Source: the human T2T-CHM13v2.0 reference genome, Homo sapiens. Taken from it: a stretch of 64,000 bases of DNA. Positions 56,086 through 64,000 of the stretch are shown here, piece by piece (position 1 is the first letter of the stretch; each line of letters opens with the position of its first letter). The position numbers and the translations under genes were made by a program. Under the pieces are notes generated by a model. It ran no database searches. It saw only the letters and a list, made by a program, of their open reading frames with translations, and had not been told where the DNA came from. Location: NCBI RefSeq assembly GCF_009914755.1, contig NC_060934.1, one strand, 5' to 3'.

Positions 56086-59000
56086 TTAAATTAATTCAAG
56101 AAAAGTCTTTAAAAGTTTACAAAAGAAATAAATTAGCTCACAATTTTTAATTATAAGAGGAATTAAGATTTTTCTAAGTTAAGAAAATGGAAGAATGATG
56201 CTAAAAACTATTAGAAATGCCAGCAAATAAATAAGACTAAACTATCAATAGGAGAAGGATCTGGTAGAGAAGAACTAACACAGTTCCACATTGGCTGATA
56301 TCCAGCCCATATGCACTGGAATGACTGTAGTCATTTAAAAAATATTAAAATGTGTTTATACTCTTGGTAAAAGAAAAAAAAATACCGCTTCTCTCAGTCC
56401 TTAACAATCTTTTGCTGCTACAGTCTCCCTGCATCCTCTATAGGTATCTACCAACTGTTTTGATCCAAATAGAGGGGTACTGCAAAATAGGGAGCCTCTA
56501 GACCCAACTCCAGCTCTAACTTCTCTACCACTTTGACACATCCACATGATGTATTGAAATTTTTAAAGTGTGGAATACCATCCCAGAGTCCACTAAGATG
56601 AGAAGCAATAACACTTGAGTCTAAACATAGTTATGAACCAAGGGCCTTGTCCAGCTCACCTGGGGAATCCAGGCTTCTAAAATAAAGGGCACGTATTAAG
56701 GTAAGCTGAAAAGGAAAATAAACCAATTTAGATAGCCATCGGAAATGTAGGGATCATAAAGGTTAGAGGAAAGTCAAATAAGAAGTAGTGTAACAGGTAT
56801 GTGGGAAGATAAAGACAACTTTTCAGGTTAGGAACAGAGACCACCAAATCTTTGCTGACTTGTAAGGGGTTACTGAATAATATGACACTTAAGAAAAAAG
56901 GAGGCTAAATTAGATCTATTGAATGCTTTTTACCTATGCAAATAATCATTGTGTTTTTTCCCTTCTCCATGAATTTAATGGTCCCCACATGCAAATACCC
57001 AAGCTAGAGCTCAAAATAGAGTCCATGGCTGTATATATGAAATTAATAAACACAGAAAGTATGGAAAAACATACGGAGAGGTAAGGGGTTGATTAGCTTC
57101 CTGTTAAAATTACAAAAAGGCACTCCTGGGGGAATCAAAAACCAAAAAGCACCCTCATCTAGAAAAACTAGAAAAATGTCTCACTTCCTCTAAGCTGGAT
57201 CCCCATGTCAGAAACTTGTAGAGCAGAGGATGGCCTAGATTTCAAGGTTTGCCCGCCGCCACCACTGTCTTAAGACCTTCACTGAGCATTTTCACATAGG
57301 ATGCAGCCTACACCTTCATACATAGATTCTGATGAACCCATTTTAATCAGAGCATTCAGTGTTTGACTGAGTTGATTATGTTGGTTGGCTGCCTTGGCAC
57401 AGAAAAATCCAGACTGTATAATAATGTTATATCTAAGCAGCTGTGGAGAAGCCCAGATAGAATCCACAACCTTTATATATCCCATATTTTGCTAAGCATA
57501 CAAAATTGCTCACATTTGTCCTTATTTGTTCTGTGCTCTTCTTAGTTTTACCCTCAAAATAAATATGTAAATCTGAATTCATAGGCTTCAAGGTTTGGAC
57601 AGAGCAGTTTCAAAACTTATTTTAAAGTTAAAAATCCTACACTATATCATGTCTTCCCCACAGTAAGTCTGAATTCCTATGAAAACTGTTTTTCCTACAT
57701 TCATATATACTGCTTACATAAATCTCCTGGGCCATAATCATACTCCATAATCACACATACATGATATATGACATATCAAGCAAAACGTATTATTTATAAG
57801 TTTAGATTGCCTGAGATTACAGCTATCATAGACACTCATTGCAATCTTAAAATTATTAGAAAAAAATCCATTTTATTCTTCAAATAGGCCCATGGCCTGG
57901 CTTTTGAAATGCATTCTTAGATCTCCAAGACCCTGAGAAGGTACAATACATCAACCGGGTAATGACTCTCTGGTGATGTTCTATTTCAATACATCACTGT
58001 TACAATGATTCTTTAATAATATACTGCCAAGTGTCACACATCAAGAGAGCACTTTGGAGCACAGAAGTCACTTTATTTATTTATTAGTGCTATCTCTCAT
58101 TGCGGAGTTATTAGCTGACACTCAGGATCATGAACCCAGAAAGGAGATTCTGCATCATTGTCATTATGATAAGCAATATCCTCAATGCCAAGTTGAAAAT
58201 AACTGAGCTTACCTTGTGTATCCTCAAAGAGTAATTGTGATCATTTTGACAGGGAGGCAAACATTGTTTATGTTGTCAAATAGCAAGTAGAAATTTTAAT
58301 ATAAATTTTAATAATTTGTAGTTGTTACTTATAACTCTATTCAAAGTGTGTAATAATGTGAGACTCATGGTACATCTGATTATAAATCATAACTTATTTC
58401 TTAATGATTTAGGTTAACATATTTATTTGATTTAGAAAATTTTATTTGCTGTATAAATGCCCGATTTTTGTTAACTTGCTGCAACTCTCTATTCTACCTA
58501 AAAAATATCACACATCTTTTCTCCTGAGTTTGAAAATGCAAAGCGTAGGAAGGAAAATTGTTCTTGAAAAAAACTCATTTAATTGATTTATATTATTTGC
58601 ACAATAGCTTTTCTCTATTAAGTTATTTCTTTGCATTATTTTTATATCGCTCTTTCCAAAGGATCAACTTTTATTTTATAGAATCTTATAAAATCCTGCC
58701 TTAGGGAGGGAAGGAGAAACTACCGTATTTCAATATTTTCCTGAAAGTTATCTTATGATTTTTTTTTTGCTCCCTTCTAAAACCAAATAATTATTTCTAT
58801 TTTACCAAAAATCTCTTGGAGGATATATATACTCTCAGAAATGATTGCAAAAAATTAATTATTCATGTAAAGAATATTGATTCTTGAAGAGCAAGAAACA
58901 TTGATTGTTCTGAGAATAGAACTCTCCATGATACCATGTCTATCCTGAAATAAAGTAATTCTGTATCAAAATTATGATAATGGAATTAATAACAATGTAG

Positions 59001-59224
59001 GGGAAATTATATTTTAATCATTTCATATTGATAGGTTTAAAGTAACAATTTCTCCATTGAGATTCAGTATCACTTTGAAAGGTCTTGCTCAAATTAATAT
59101 TTTTATATTATAAATATATAATATATATCATATAATGTTTATATATGATATTGAAAAGCACCTAATGAAATAGTCACCTTCTTGCTTTCCCCTTCACTAC
59201 CCAACAGAAATGTTCTTGGGGCTC

Positions 59225-59582
59225 TTATATGGTTTTGCTGTGTCTGAACCCAAATCTCATTTTGAATTTTCACGTGTTATGGGAGGGACCCAGTGGGAGG
59301 TAATTGAGTCATGGGAGCAAGTCTTTCCCATGCTGTTCTCATGATAGTGAATAAGTCTCATGAGATCTGATGGTTTTATAAAGAAGAGTTTCCCTGCACA
59401 AGTTATCTCATTCTTTGCCGGCTGCCATCCATGTAAGACGTGACTTGCTCCTCCTTGCCTTCCACCATGGTTGTGAGGCCTCCCCAGCCATGTGGAACTA
59501 TAAGTCCATTAAACCGCTTTCTTTTGTAAATTGACCAGTCTTGGGTATGTCTTTATCAGCAGCATGAAAACAGACTAATACA
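59225..59582 (+). mobile_element. THE1B-like solo LTR
   Basis: atatggttttgctgtgtc...cagactaataca; 5-bp TSD GGCTC at 59220-59224 and 59583-59587. Confidence 0.9.
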
Positions 59583-59944
59583 GGCTCCATGAAGTTTTCC
59601 CAGGTTTTAAAATTTTGTGTATTCACACAGTGAATACTCTGGATAACATGGACCATTATGTTATGGAATCATACTATATATATATATATGCCATTTCCCA
59701 GATGTGTGTGCTTATAATCAAACTTAGGCTAACTCAGGGCCAGAAAACATTGTACACTGTTCAAACAAAGTTTTTTATTAGTTCAGAAAGCAAACATAAA
59801 ATTGTTGACAGCCTATTCAAAACAATAGAATGAGATAAAGTAAAATGGAAAATACTTAACTTCCTATCTTAAAAAAAAGCAGACAAATATATGAAACAAA
59901 TGATTTTCATACATTAGAAAACAAATGGCAGAGGAATATGATTC

Positions 59945-60009
59945 CTAGGAAAAAACAGGAAAACAAATAAAGTGAGCTAGGAAAAAACAGAAAAACAAAT
60001 AAAGTGAGC
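59945..60009. repeat. 32-bp tandem duplication
   Basis: ctaggaaaaaacagRaaaacaaataaagtgag twice. Confidence 0.85.
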
Positions 60010-60574
60010 CTGAAGAAAGCACTAGCTGATTGTCTAAAGGCAGTTTCCAGAATAAAGCAGAAAAAAGTGTAACCCAAAAAGAAACAAAAATTTTTGAGTT
60101 GAGGAGATTGATTTCCAAGATTCCAAAGGGCAGAGATGCTAGAATTTGTGGCATAGAATACAGAAGTTAAGGGAGTTGCATAGAAGAGCTTCAGGTATCT
60201 GTGTGAATATACTCCTAGGCTGAGTATTGACGTGTGTGGATCAAAGGTAACTGCTCTAGGCCGGAGGGGGGGAAAAAACACAGCAAAAAATAGGCAGAGC
60301 AATTTCTGCAGTAAACAGGAAAGTGGAAATATTGTATATTTCCACCAGTCAGAGGGGAAGAAATTCCACCTAGGGAAGCATCCGATAAAGACCTCAAAAG
60401 AACATTGCCTAAGTAGCCTGATGTATACCCACCCTAACAAGGCTTCATAAAACAAGCCTCACAGATATCTAACTACTTCCAAGTCACTTAGCTCTGTGCC
60501 AGAACAAAATCTAACTCTCTCTAAAGGAACACAACACAATCAAGGAGATAACAGTGTAAATTTTACAATGTGTC

Positions 60575-60945
60575 TCTTTGAAAATTCAGCTTTTGCCAAT
60601 GTGATAGCAGTAAGAGGTGGGGATTTTAATGGATGATTAGGCCATGAGGACTCAGTAATCATGAATGGAATTAGCTGCTATTATAAAGGGGCTTAATGGA
60701 GAGAGCTCTTTTGTTCTTTCACTCTTCTGCTATACAAGGACACAGAATCCCTTCCCTCAGGAGGATACAGCATTCAAAGTGCCATCTTGCAAACAGAGAC
60801 CAGACTTCACCAAAAAACAAACTTTCCAGTGCCTTGATCTTGAATTTTCCAGCCTCCAGAACTCTGAGAAAGTAAATTTTTATTCTTTAGATATTATCCA
60901 GTCTATGGTATTCTGCTATAGCAGCATAAATGAACTAAGACACAT
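60575..60945 (+). mobile_element. MSTD/MLT1A-like LTR fragment
   Basis: aatgtgatagcagtaagaggtgggg...gctatagcagcataaatgaactaagaca. Confidence 0.65.
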
Positions 60946-60949
60946 GTGA

Positions 60950-63783
<2,834 letters not shown>

Positions 63784-64000
63784 TGTTCAGGAAAAGAGTC
63801 AAACTCTGTAAAATATTTTAAGATATTTATTCTGCGCCAAATATGAGTGACCATGGCCCATGACACAGCCCTCAGGAGGTCCTGAGAACATGTGTCAAAG
63901 GTGGTTGGGATACAGCTTGGTTTTATATATTATAGGAAGGCATGAGACATCAATCAAACACATTTAAGAAATACATTGGTTTGGTTCAGAAAGACGGGAC
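63784..64000 (-). mobile_element. MER4-family LTR, cut by the window edge
   Basis: Homologous to 13181-13400 (aagagtcaaactc..gccaaatatgagtgacc..ctcaggaggtcctgagaac). Confidence 0.8.

Noticed and set aside
56850-57900. Possible degraded ERV internal sequence
   Set aside because: I could not assign a family or boundaries from the sequence alone.
59907-60455. 182-aa Phe/Leu-rich minus-strand ORF resembling a membrane protein
   Set aside because: It is the antisense reading of A-rich, probably old L1 sequence that includes a 32-bp duplication; the hydrophobicity is compositional.

Overview
AT-rich, gene-poor human genomic DNA (it carries an AluYb8, a human-specific subfamily). It is built almost entirely from transposable elements, and I can support no host protein-coding exon or RNA gene. 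The centrepiece is a two-LTR HERV-H provirus on the minus strand (29470-41476, 5-bp TSD GTACC, LTR7up-like LTRs). A full-length L1PA3-type LINE-1 (30694-36777, 12-bp TSD) has inserted into its integrase region in the same orientation. This composite has several oddities: a short 3' transduction on the L1, an apparently older-subfamily patch in ORF1, a 939-aa ORF2 with open EN and RT domains, a half-deleted PBS, a mutated 3'-LTR poly(A) signal, and a 275-bp block identical between LTRs whose flanks differ by about 6%. Other notable items are a chimeric AluYb8 without matching TSDs, a tail-less 48-bp Alu fragment inside an L1PB, facing truncations of HML-3 and THE1 proviruses, an MLT2/MaLR hybrid, and nested solo LTRs. 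Family names come from recalled consensus sequences, not from a database search. I do not see a novel protein-coding system; the best candidate for new biology is the LTR7-L1 composite transcription unit.
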